Source: Candidatus Thorarchaeota archaeon SMTZ1-45 (GTDB lineage Archaea > Asgardarchaeota > Thorarchaeia > Thorarchaeales > Thorarchaeaceae). From it: DNA of 64,000 nt. The position numbers and the translations under genes were made by a program. Within the stretch, counting starts at the first letter, position 1. Each line of letters opens with the position of its first letter. Shown piece after piece: positions 9,462 to 19,800 of this stretch. The notes under the pieces are model-generated. The model saw only the letters and a list, made by a program, of their open reading frames with translations. It made no database searches and was not told the DNA's origin. The stretch is taken from NCBI GenBank assembly GCA_001563335.1, contig LRSL01000109.1, positions 32,001 through 96,000 of the forward strand, read 5' to 3'.

Positions 9462-11002
9462 CTCTCATAGAGAGGACCTGTGACTGACTCAACCGAAGCT
9501 ATAATATCACCAGACTTCATGAGTTCACGGATTTTCTTTATGTCTGGAGAAAGTGGTCGATCATTCTCCAGTTTGGAAACCCCGCTTCTTATGGTCTTGT
9601 GAGCCTCCTGCAGGGGATCTGACGGTTTCAGGGGAGCAAGATAATCAATGCCTTGAGCAGCACACATGTACTCAATCGCAACAACATTTTGTGAGTTCTC
9701 AAGAATATTTGCCGCCTTTCGTGCAGCTATTGTGCCCATACTAACATGATCTTCTTGGTCTGCACTTGTAGGAATTGAGTCGACACTCGCTGGATGCGCT
9801 AACACTTTATTCTCTGAAACGAGCCCTGCGGCAGTATACTGTGCAATCATCATCCCTGACTCAAGTCCCCCCTCAGTTGTTAGAAATGCTGGTAATTCGC
9901 TCAAATTTGGATTGACCAATCGATTGATTCGTCTCTCAGAGATATTTGCAATCTCAGATAATGCAATTCCAAGAAAATCCATTGCGAGCGCAACAGGTTG
10001 TCCGTGGAAATTACCTCCAGATATCACAATTCCGTCATCACCAAAAACCAGTGGATTATCAGTAGCGGAGTTGATTTCTGTTTCGAGAACACTATAGACA
10101 TATCGGATTGTATCCAATGATGCTCCCAATACCTGAGGAATACATCTTAGTGAGTAGGCATCTTGTACTTTCCCACAGTCAGCATGAGACTGGTTGATTT
10201 CACTATCTAGCAGGATCTTTCTTTGAGCTGAAGCTACATCTATTTGTCCTTCATGCGGGCGAAGAGAGTGAATCCTTTCGTCTGATGCCATCCTTGTTCC
10301 ACGTAATGCTTCAAGACTCATTGAGGAAGCAATGGTTGTATCGTAGATTAATCGAAGTGCATCATAGACTGTGATAACACCAACTGCAGTCATTGGTTGA
10401 GTTCCATTGATCAATGCGACTCCCTCCTTAGCTTGTAGCACAATTGGTTTGATTCCAGCCTTACGTAAGGCTTCTCCACCACTAACTAATTTGTCCGATT
10501 TGAAAGCTTCACCCTCACCAATGAGAACCAACGCTATATGAGCTAGAGGAGCCAAATCGCCACTAGATCCTACTGATCCCTGCTGTGGAACAACAGGAAG
10601 TACATCCTTGTTCAACATCTCAATCAGGGTTTCAATGACTTCTAGACGAACTCCAGAGTAGCCTTTCGCAAGTGCATTGACTCTGAGTAACATCATTCCC
10701 CGTACAATTTCTTTTGAGAATGGAGGACCCACTCCTGCACTATGGCTACGGATTAAGTTAACCTGAAGACGAGCTAAATCATCCTTGTTAATGGATACAT
10801 CTGCGAGATCTCCAAAACCAGTGTTTACTCCATATACAACAGCTCCCTCTTTGATTGCTTTTTCCACAACATCTCGACTACTTCTAATTCGCGGGATTGT
10901 TGATTCATGTAGGATTACTGGCTCTTTGTGCCGTGCCACTTGTACGACATCTTCTATAGTGAGACTCTCACCATCAACCATCACAGGCATTGTGTCCACC
11001 AA
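9458..11002 (-). CDS. hutH: Histidine ammonia-lyase
   Basis: VYGVNTGFG, LIRSH, GSVGSSGDLAPL (MIO), QDAYSLRC, GGNFHG and QEDHVSMG. Confidence 0.95.
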   Translation of the reverse strand: MVDTMPVMVDGESLTIEDVVQVARHKEPVILHESTIPRIRSSRDVVEKAIKEGAVVYGVNTGFGDLADVSINKDDLARLQVNLIRSHSAGVGPPFSKEIVRGMMLLRVNALAKGYSGVRLEVIETLIEMLNKDVLPVVPQQGSVGSSGDLAPLAHIALVLIGEGEAFKSDKLVSGGEALRKAGIKPIVLQAKEGVALINGTQPMTAVGVITVYDALRLIYDTTIASSMSLEALRGTRMASDERIHSLRPHEGQIDVASAQRKILLDSEINQSHADCGKVQDAYSLRCIPQVLGASLDTIRYVYSVLETEINSATDNPLVFGDDGIVISGGNFHGQPVALAMDFLGIALSEIANISERRINRLVNPNLSELPAFLTTEGGLESGMMIAQYTAAGLVSENKVLAHPASVDSIPTSADQEDHVSMGTIAARKAANILENSQNVVAIEYMCAAQGIDYLAPLKPSDPLQEAHKTIRSGVSKLENDRPLSPDIKKIRELMKSGDIIASVESVTGPLYES

Positions 11003-11103
11003 AGCCTTGGAAACACAGCAACAAGTGTGAACTAGTTACTGTCTGATGAGGTTCGTAGAAGCTCTCTTTAGTAGTTATCGTTAAATTTGAAAAATCCAAA
11101 AAG

Positions 11104-13153
11104 TCATGTCTCACCAAGAGTTTTTTGGACTAACTCTTCTATCAGCCCCTCCTTTGGAATAAATGGAAGAGAAATATGACCTTTGTTTCCTAATCTCTTA
11201 TTCCATTCAATCGTTGTTTCAATAGCATGATTATTTCTTGCCCAAGCACGACGTGCAACACCACCCATTACATCCCAATCGAGAGCTAAACGAATAATAG
11301 TATCAACACGTTCAGTGCCATCTAGAACCAGACCAAATCCACTATTGATTGCTTTTCCAGTACCCACACCACCACCGTTTGACAAAACACAGAGTGTCAT
11401 TCCACGAGCTACATTACCAGCCCAACATTGGTGCGCCATGTCACTCATAACATTGCTACCATCACGAATGTTTGCTGTTTCTCTGAATGGCGAGTCTGTC
11501 CCACCAGTATCATGGTGGTCACGTCCCAACATGATAGGGCCAACCCTTTTTTCACGAACCATCTTGTTGAAAGCTAGAGCAATGTCAACTCGACCAAGAG
11601 CATCTGCATACAAAATTCGTGCTTGAGATCCAACGACAAGTGCATTCTTCTCAGCATCTCGAATCCAAATGTAATTATCTCGGTCTTGCCCACGACGCTC
11701 AGGACTGATGCGTGACATTGCCATCTTGTCTGTTGCTGCAAGGTCTTCATGGCTTCCGCTTAGACAGACCCATCGGAACGGACCATAACCATAGTCAAAG
11801 CAGATTGGTCCCATGATGTCTTCAACATATGAAGGGAAGATGAAACCATCTGACTCGTTTTCACCATTCTTTGCAATTCTCCTGACACCAGCATCAAAAA
11901 CAGCCTTCATGAAGCTGTTACCATAGTCCCAGAAGTGGGACCCCCGTTTTGTCATAATCTCAATAAGTTCAAACTGTTTGCGGAGGGATTTGTCAACCAT
12001 CTCGTTGAACTTTTTTCGGTCTGACCGGAGGAGCTCACGTCCCTCTTCAAAGGTAACTCCCTGAGGTGTATATCCACCACCATATACGTCATGACATGAG
12101 GTCTGATCTGATGCAAGCTCAATCTTAATGTCATTTTGAACAACATAGTCCCAAAGATCAACAACATTCCCATAGTAACCTATTGAAACAGATTTACCAT
12201 TGGAACGATGATCTTCAACCCAATGGAAAATCTCATCAAGATTCGAAGAGTATCTGCTTAGCCAACCTTGTTCACTACGTGTTTCAATACGGCTTTTATC
12301 AACCTCAGCAATAATTCCAATTCCACCAGCAATCTCGATTGCCTTAGCCTGAGCGCCACTCATTCCGCCAAGTCCTGATGTCAAGAAGACTTTCCCACTT
12401 AGGTCACCATCATCAGGGATTCCTAGGTATAATCGTCCAGCATTCAAGAGTGTGATGTAGGTCCCATGGACAATCCCTTGAGGTCCTATATACATCCAAC
12501 CACCAGCTGTCATCTGACCATAGTTTGCAACACCCATGGCTGCAGCTTGATGAAATCCATCAAGCGTGTCAAACATTCCTACCATGAGACCATTGGTAGT
12601 GATTGCTCGAGGCGCATTCTTGTGGGAAGGGAACAGACCAATAGGATGTCCTGAATTGACGACAAGTGTTTGCTCATCTGTCATTACTTCAAGATACTTC
12701 TTGATTAATTGATACTGCATCCAGTTCTGGCACACCTGACCACTCTCTCCGGTAAGTTTAGGAAATCTAACAATTTACTCCGTAAGTGACCAGTTCATAT
12801 GGATACAAGGCTACATCAAAGTCCAGATTGTTGTCAATCATCAATTGTATTGCTCTTGCTTCAAGAATACCTTTGTACTCAGTGATTGGCTTGGCTTTTA
12901 TCTCACCAGGGGGTCTGTATCTGTATCCATAAATTCTTCCTCTGGATAACAGCTCAGCCAAAAATTCTGGAGCTAGGTGATTGTGCAGTTCTGAGGGCAC
13001 ATATCGAAGAGCGTTTTTGATTGAAATGATTGTGTCATGTTTATTGAGGTTATATCCTCTATCTGGAGCTCGTCTAATTCTAGGATCAAAAACTGGTTCT
13101 GGAGGAAGCTCTCCAGACAGTTTAATATGCATTGCTTTTGAAGGATCAGTCAT
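11104..13153 (-). CDS. hutU: Urocanate hydratase (long type), split into 13153-12778 and 12746-11104 by a 31-nt insertion; 672 aa if joined
   Basis: The N-part ends MIDNNLDFDVALYPYELVTYG. The C-part begins ESGQVCQNWMQY and has YGQMTAGGWMYIGPQGIVHGT, GLGGMSGAQ and GRDHHD. The exons total 376+1643 = 2019 nt in frame. Confidence 0.92.
12747..12777 (-). other. 31-nt insertion in hutU; putative BHB/BHL-type mRNA intron
   Basis: Contains in-frame TAG and TAA and is flanked by a CGGAG direct repeat. A 10-bp exon-exon helix, 3-nt bulge and central helix place the cuts so that the frame is restored. Confidence 0.6.
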
Positions 13154-13214
13154 ACAATAACCACATCCTATTAAGTTTCAATAACATCAGGTTAGTCACG
13201 TCTTATACAGGTTT

Positions 13215-16200
13215 TCATGAATTTGTTTTGTATTTCCTTGCAATCCTACCAATTGTCGCAATACTCCTTGAGATTTTGTGTTCTCTCCAGAGTTGTAGAC
13301 TAATTTCCCCGTATGTCAATCCTTTCTGTCTAAGCCTCGATATTTCTGAGATTTCAAAGGAGGTTACTCGTTTCCTCTTTGGTCTTGCGTCAATCATTTC
13401 ACATAGTTCAGATAGATTTTCAAGACGACTAGTAGCATTCTTGAAAAGAGGAAGATTATGTAAATTGCGAATAGATGCATGATGTACTATTTCAATCCCT
13501 TTTTTCTGTAACAGTGATTCGATATTGAAAGATTCCAGGATTTTTTTGATATGCCGCTTATTAGCTAAAGATCCAATTCCAACACGTTGACTAATTAATG
13601 AAGCATAACCATCACCATCTGCTATCCCTTGAAGAAATGGAATCTGAAAGTCCTGGGGGATTCTATGAATCCAATCAGCTTTTAGAGTGCTGTAGGTTTT
13701 TTTATCATTCGGACCTAGATTGAATATCACCTCTCTCATCCAAACAAAAAAAGGGCTGTCAATGCAAAGTTCACAAATTGAATCAAGTTCTCTTTCCAAA
13801 TACGAAATTCTTGAAGGACTCAGCATTGAGAATGAATTAGAAACATCTTCAAGGATTTTTTTCGACCATTCATATTTCTGACTGAGTAAAATCCTTAATG
13901 AATAAGAAGTCTTACTTGTAGGTTGGATGTACCCATCAGCAAGAATCATACCAAGAATATACATGAATTCTTGAAAAGGTAGTTTCAATTGCTTACAAAC
14001 TTCCAGTATTGATGAAAAATCAATATTCTTGATTGGAACTTCGATATAATCATAGTATACATTTTCTTCTACACGCAGTGGTAGCCATTTCCAGCCATTG
14101 CGAGGAGGATTTGTTGGAATCTCCTTAAGTATCTGCAAACCTCGGGGTAGGATTCCTTTAGTCCACGATAATATGGCGGTTTCGTGGACTTCAAGTAAAC
14201 TTGCTATGATATTTAATGGGTATCCTGTTTCAAACAAGTCTAAGAATCTGAAGTAGGCTTTTGTGTACTTGGTCATATCCTCAATGTTTTTCCATTGGTT
14301 CAGATATGGTTCAATATAGAGGTTCCTTCTTAAAGTGGAGAGATGATCAAATGAGTTTGCAAACAAAGAAGTTCTAAGCTTGTTTGCCTTGATTTTGTTT
14401 TTGATTGCTTGTTCAATATAGACTAGCAGTTGAGGTCTATTTGCTTCAAGTGTCCATCGCCTTGCCTTGGTTGGAGCTATTCCGATTCTGTCAGAGATTG
14501 TTAGAAGTTCGCTGTTCCTGATATTTTGTCTGCCCTTGAAATTTTCTTTCAATGTGAAGTATAGAATAGCATCAGATTTAAGCGACTTAAAATTGCTCAA
14601 AGTTGTTAAACCTGGATACTCTTTGAGCTTGACATTCAGTTGCTGCTGTGATATGACTCCGATATTTTCTAGAGATTCATAGAGTCTTATCGGTGAATGT
14701 TCTGTCTGGATTTTACTCCTTATTGAGTGAGGATTGACAACAATTCGAATGGGCCAAGGAGTAACACCGTCAATAATAGCTTTTGTTCTAGTAGAGCCTA
14801 ATTTCAACTTGCGATCGACATCACATTGTAACATCCCCTTTTCTAATAACTCTAGTATCTGATAGTATAATTCTAGATGTTTCCATTGTTTATCAGCTGT
14901 TGGCCAAGAATCGATTGACTCATCCATTTCTAAGTCTACTAGTTTTTGTTTGATAGTATCAGCATCTTGGAATTTGCCAAGCCGCTTGCGTATGGATTTC
15001 ACTCGAATTTGATTTTGGAGAACATTATTAATCATTCTAAATATAGTAGGATGAGAGTGTAGTTTTTGTGGATTCGATTTCTTAAAATATTTCTTAGCTT
15101 GAGTCATCCATTTAGTATAGGATTTATTCTCTTTTAGTCCTGGAAATTTCTGCTCAACAATTACTTCAAGTTTCCTCAAAGAATCAATTTGTTCATCCCC
15201 GATTTTGGGATAGTTACATGTTTGTACGGGTCCACCTTGAGAGTCAACGAGTTTACGCTTGGACTTCGTTTTTTTGGATTTAGCGTTCAATCTCTCCATG
15301 AGAAACCTTTCAAAAGAACGGCGTATGGATTCACCTACAACCTTTGTCCACTCTCGTTCCACCTCGAGTGCCCACAGTTCTCTAACAAGCTTTGGTGCTG
15401 GACCTTTCTTCATCCCCCTCACAAAAGAACGGGCATCCTTCAGTTTCTGCTTGTAGTCAGAGCTGAGCTTGACAGAGGGATGACGTGCAATGAGTTCCTC
15501 TAGGTCCTCCTCTGATTTTAATCTTGACCTGATAATCTCCTTGAGACGCTCACGCTCCTCCTCTGAGAGTTCACTGAAGAGCTCACGGAATCTTCTCCGG
15601 ATATCCTCCTCTTCAGAGGTCTCCTCATCCTCCCCAAAGAATGACCGGGGCTTGAGGGTCCTGTCGACCACACGTTCTCCTGTCAGAGCCTCAACAATGA
15701 CTCTCTCCTCAGACTCAGATTCCGACTCCTCAAGGCGTTCCACTAACTCTTCTACTCGACTGATGAACTCCTCTGGAATGTCGTCATCAAGTTCACTCTC
15801 AAAGGCCTCTTGTTCGTGAGAGGACTCTTCCTGTTCAATGAATTCAGAGAGCTCAAGCTCAGACATATCAGAATCAATCTCAGGTTCAATGACCTCGTTC
15901 GAGTCTTCAGAGGACTTCTCCACCTCTTGGGCGGCTTTAGCTCCAAGGTCCACGTCGAATTCTTCAACAGAGTCTACATCATCCTCAATTCTGGATTCCT
16001 TGGTGTCTTCATGCCTGAGTTCAGACTGGTCATCATGCTGAGGTTCTATCTTGGAGGACTCAGGCTCAGGTAACTCTGGAGTTTCGTTAGACTCGATTTG
16101 CTGGACTCCTTGGTTCTCTATCTCTTCTACCGGGTTAGAGGACGAGGTTTCCCCGTGCTCGATCTCTGGTGCTTCCTGTCTTGAGATCTTGTTCCTGAAG

Positions 16201-16811
16201 CCATCATCAAGTGATTCCACCTCATCATCAGCTGGCTCATGAGTTTCTGTGTTTTCAAGTTCTTCTTTCTCACACTCAACCTCGGACTGTGTTTCCCCCT
16301 CAGACTCGCTCCTAGTTTCCATTGCATAGACCATTCCAGTGCCTACATCCTCGTAAGACTCACTGGCTTCTGTTGCCTCCGAGGTTACTCCGTCATCACT
16401 TCCTTCTTCCACTTCACTGTCCTTTCTCGAAACCCCCTCCAGCTGATGGCTCAAATCATTGACATATTCGTCATGGAGTTCATCTCGTACTTCGTCAAGG
16501 TCATTCTCCAGATCATCCTCGAAGGACTCCTTAGCCTCCATATCTTTCTCCCGTTGAAGGTCATCGAATTCCTTCGCAGCTACCTCAGCAAGGTCTTCTA
16601 TCTCCTTGATCTTCGATCTGAGCTCATCAAACTCCTTAGCAGCCTCATTGGCTATCCACTCAATCTCCTCCTGACGATCAAAGTCCTCCGCTTCCTCCGT
16701 TGCATCCTTCTCTACCTCATCATGAACCTCTCTACTCTCTGGTTCGTCGGGAGTTTCCTCGCACTCTATCTCTGAATACCAGTCTGCACCGTCTGTTCGT
16801 TCATGCGGCAA
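13215..16811 (-). CDS. Large chimeric protein: acidic low-complexity N-terminus, repeated helical/HTH-like modules, double LAGLIDADG endonuclease domain, C-terminal HTH
   Basis: FMYILGMILADGY and FLQGIADGDGY motifs; C-terminal LRQKGLTYGEIS HTH; start placed at TTG 16811 overlapping the ATPase stop. Confidence 0.8.
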   Translation of the reverse strand: MPHERTDGADWYSEIECEETPDEPESREVHDEVEKDATEEAEDFDRQEEIEWIANEAAKEFDELRSKIKEIEDLAEVAAKEFDDLQREKDMEAKESFEDDLENDLDEVRDELHDEYVNDLSHQLEGVSRKDSEVEEGSDDGVTSEATEASESYEDVGTGMVYAMETRSESEGETQSEVECEKEELENTETHEPADDEVESLDDGFRNKISRQEAPEIEHGETSSSNPVEEIENQGVQQIESNETPELPEPESSKIEPQHDDQSELRHEDTKESRIEDDVDSVEEFDVDLGAKAAQEVEKSSEDSNEVIEPEIDSDMSELELSEFIEQEESSHEQEAFESELDDDIPEEFISRVEELVERLEESESESEERVIVEALTGERVVDRTLKPRSFFGEDEETSEEEDIRRRFRELFSELSEEERERLKEIIRSRLKSEEDLEELIARHPSVKLSSDYKQKLKDARSFVRGMKKGPAPKLVRELWALEVEREWTKVVGESIRRSFERFLMERLNAKSKKTKSKRKLVDSQGGPVQTCNYPKIGDEQIDSLRKLEVIVEQKFPGLKENKSYTKWMTQAKKYFKKSNPQKLHSHPTIFRMINNVLQNQIRVKSIRKRLGKFQDADTIKQKLVDLEMDESIDSWPTADKQWKHLELYYQILELLEKGMLQCDVDRKLKLGSTRTKAIIDGVTPWPIRIVVNPHSIRSKIQTEHSPIRLYESLENIGVISQQQLNVKLKEYPGLTTLSNFKSLKSDAILYFTLKENFKGRQNIRNSELLTISDRIGIAPTKARRWTLEANRPQLLVYIEQAIKNKIKANKLRTSLFANSFDHLSTLRRNLYIEPYLNQWKNIEDMTKYTKAYFRFLDLFETGYPLNIIASLLEVHETAILSWTKGILPRGLQILKEIPTNPPRNGWKWLPLRVEENVYYDYIEVPIKNIDFSSILEVCKQLKLPFQEFMYILGMILADGYIQPTSKTSYSLRILLSQKYEWSKKILEDVSNSFSMLSPSRISYLERELDSICELCIDSPFFVWMREVIFNLGPNDKKTYSTLKADWIHRIPQDFQIPFLQGIADGDGYASLISQRVGIGSLANKRHIKKILESFNIESLLQKKGIEIVHHASIRNLHNLPLFKNATSRLENLSELCEMIDARPKRKRVTSFEISEISRLRQKGLTYGEISLQLWREHKISRSIATIGRIARKYKTNS

Positions 16812-19800
16812 CTTCAGACCCCGAGTTGTTGATTTCCGATTGGACCATATCATGCACAGCGGCCCAAAGTGCATCATTGACTGGAGAGTCCAGAGTTGCC
16901 CTTGCCTCATTCAGTAACAAAATCACTACTTCGGTGATGTCGAAACCATCTCCAGCAATCATTCTGGAGAATGTCGTCAATAGAAGTACGAGTGGCTCAT
17001 AGTTGCCATCCGCAGCCATCTGAGCTAGTGGTTGGTATCTGCTGACAAACTGGTTAGTACACACAATGGATCTCACCTTCTCTTCGAGCTCTCCATCAGG
17101 CTCTACTCCATGATTGTCTGATTGATCTGTACTCTGTAGCTTCTTAATCTCGTCAAGTGCCATTCTCACCGCGGACATCACATCAGATGCTGTTACCTTA
17201 GCATCATGCTTGAATGAGCTGACCCTCCACTCAAGTTCCGAATTGAGCCGTGAGTGATAACGCTCAAGATGGTTGCTTGGCAATTCGCTGAGTGACAGGA
17301 GCAGTTTCAACTCCTCCACTATTTTTCCAAGAAATGACGGATTGAACTCTTTCATCTTTGAGATACACCAGATCAGATGATGAGCATCGAATGATACATG
17401 TGTATCATCTGGTCCTGCGAGCCTCGCAATATTACGAGTGATTAGAGCCCCAAGCCTTGATTTTTTGGTTTCAATGAGAGTCTTCAAGACCTTCTTGAAG
17501 AATGCACTATCCAACATTGTATAGAGTCTGAGTGCTCTAGGAATGTCTATCTTAATGGTTGCTAACCTAAGAGATAGTTCTCCTGATTTCAATGATTTAA
17601 GAGCGTGTGCAGACTTGGTCTGAAAATGAGGGTTCTGTGTGAAGAAAGGGCTCATGTGCTGAATAATCTCCTCATCAGTCACTGGTTTCCCAAGAGCAAG
17701 TTCTGGATGCAACACTACAATGTCATTGACCCGCACCCGCACTGGTCTGCTGATACTGGCAGTTCGAATCACAGCCTCACCGACTGGTAAGGATCCCATC
17801 ATCCGAATCTGGTCCTCGGTACAGTTCATCTGATCGCCGATGAGTTTTCGATCTGATCCCGTACCTCTACCGTGCATGATTATGTTCAGGGCTATTGTGT
17901 ATGCACTGCTTGTGAGTTCTGAGAACCCCGGTGCGATTAGAGTGAAGCCCACTCCTGCACTCCTCGACTCTTTCATAGTGGTGGTGATTGTTTCCACAGC
18001 TGCCTGTTTTGCACCATGCTCCTCATCCACCTTGACCCCAGTTTCAACTTTGAGAATCCTGTGAGACTCCTCAATGACCACGTTATACTTCAGCCCTTTC
18101 TTGTACACCTTCTCAGTCTTCTTCTTTGCCTCAAAGTAGCGAGCCACTCTGGATACGAACCAGAAGACAAAGAACGACTGCTCATCCTTGGATAGTGCAT
18201 ATAGTAGTATAAGACTAGGTTTCTTAGTCAGTTCTTTCATGGTGATACCAGAGGTCGTTCCAAAGACACTGTTGAGTGCACTACTACATAACTTGTTGAA
18301 CCTGATATAGAGTGCTCCCCACACATCCTCGTTTCCTCGTGTACTGTACTGGACCTCCTCCTTGATGAGCGGCAAGGTTTCAAGAAAGTCTGAGAGAACA
18401 ATAGCCAACCCAGGAGTGTTGGTTTCGCGGTCCCAGCCCAATCTCTCGAAGGTCAGTTCGATGACCAGCTCCATATACTCCTTGATGATTCCATGCGCAG
18501 GCATCGCAGCAATGATGATAGCCTTCATGTCATTGATAACTGAGTTGACATGCATGCCCTCACAAAACTCACTGAGAGAGAACCTTACAGGAGTGACAGT
18601 TTCATCACCTGGGGTGAGGACAAGAATGTCCTTCACCTTCCGGAGAAACCGAAGATGGTCCTCATTCTTTGAGAGTAACAGCTTGGTGAAGTTGATCCCC
18701 AGCCGATATAATTCTAGGGTGATGTTCGACTCAGTCACAGTTTTTCCGTTCCCAATGTCGCCGCCAATCACGCTGTGTGATGTCAGATCATTGGTTGGAA
18801 TCACGAAATCATCAGCGGGAGTTCCTGAGTCATCCAAGACCTTCCCAAGTCGGATACCATTAGTCTTGTTTCGTTCCTTCTGATCGCCCCTTCGGGTTGT
18901 GGGATTTGTACGAAATGAAGCATGGTCTGCAACTGAGATACCGAGATCGTTTCGTGCTAAGGAGAAGTAGACACTTGCCTCCTCAAGTGACAGAAGCGTT
19001 GTCCTACCAACTATCTCACCCTCAATCAGTCTGTTGGCTTCTTGAGGACTCTTCTGGGTTTCAATAGAGAGATGGTTCTGGGGATCAGCTGGGATGAGAG
19101 TGCCCCTTAATACTCCCGCTAGCTTCCTTGAGTATTTCTCAGCAATCGCTGCGTCTCGGTCCCAGCAGGTCGCGGAAACCTCAACCTCACACAGATGACT
19201 GTTGCTCAGTCTATCAATCTGTATCTGTAGAGACTCAGCCTTTTTGACAGCCTCCATGTCTGTCCTTGTCTTGGACTCCTGAACCTCACCAGAAAGCAGT
19301 ATTGACCTTGGCTTCGATATGGTCAGCTGTGCCCGTTCACTCTCAGTCTTGTACTGTTTCCCCAGTGACTGGACTGCCCGATTACTAGAGCGTTTTGGAA
19401 TGGCCCAGAACTGCACAATTCCGTTCTGTAGGCCAAGAAGAACCTCCATCATGACAGTGATTGCATCAATCCTCTGTCGTGGGTCGTCCACTGTAAGTGG
19501 TTCACCCAAGAGATATGTCGTCACAGACGTAGCAAATGGACTAATAGTTGGTGCATAAAACCTCGCGTGTACCTTTCGTTTGAAGCCCGAGAGGTTTCCT
19601 TTTACAGTGTCAGCGAGTGTTTCGAGACTCTCCGACAGTTCAGCATCTTTCCTTGCCCAGGTCAGATACAACACACGCATCTTGTTCCTCACACGTTCGT
19701 ACCGGAGCCCCACTGGAAAGTTAGATAGGACCATGACGCGTAGGATGTTGAAGAGAGGTTGATACTTGGACTGATCGGGGTCCTTGTTCAGCAGATGTTC

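Noticed and set aside
12767-12769. Pyrrolysine or other readthrough of the TAG ending the hutU N-part
   Set aside because: A TAA follows three codons later and the downstream half is in another frame, so readthrough cannot join them.
12751-12778. Insertion as a dif/Xer 11-6-11 site
   Set aside because: The arms are only loosely symmetric, the TAA-N6-TTA core is absent and no recombinase is nearby. A recombination scar is not fully excluded.
13215-14000. LAGLIDADG domain as part of an intein
   Set aside because: No Hint-block motifs or terminal HN-C/S/T junction, and it is not in frame within a host protein.
16812-16910. N-terminal extension of the 1231-aa ORF
   Set aside because: It overlaps the ATPase 3' end in another frame; TTG at 16811 is more plausible.
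15189-18883. Many + strand ORFs (e.g. 16239-16775, 18362-18883)
   Set aside because: Antisense shadows of Glu-rich, GC-rich genes with no motifs.
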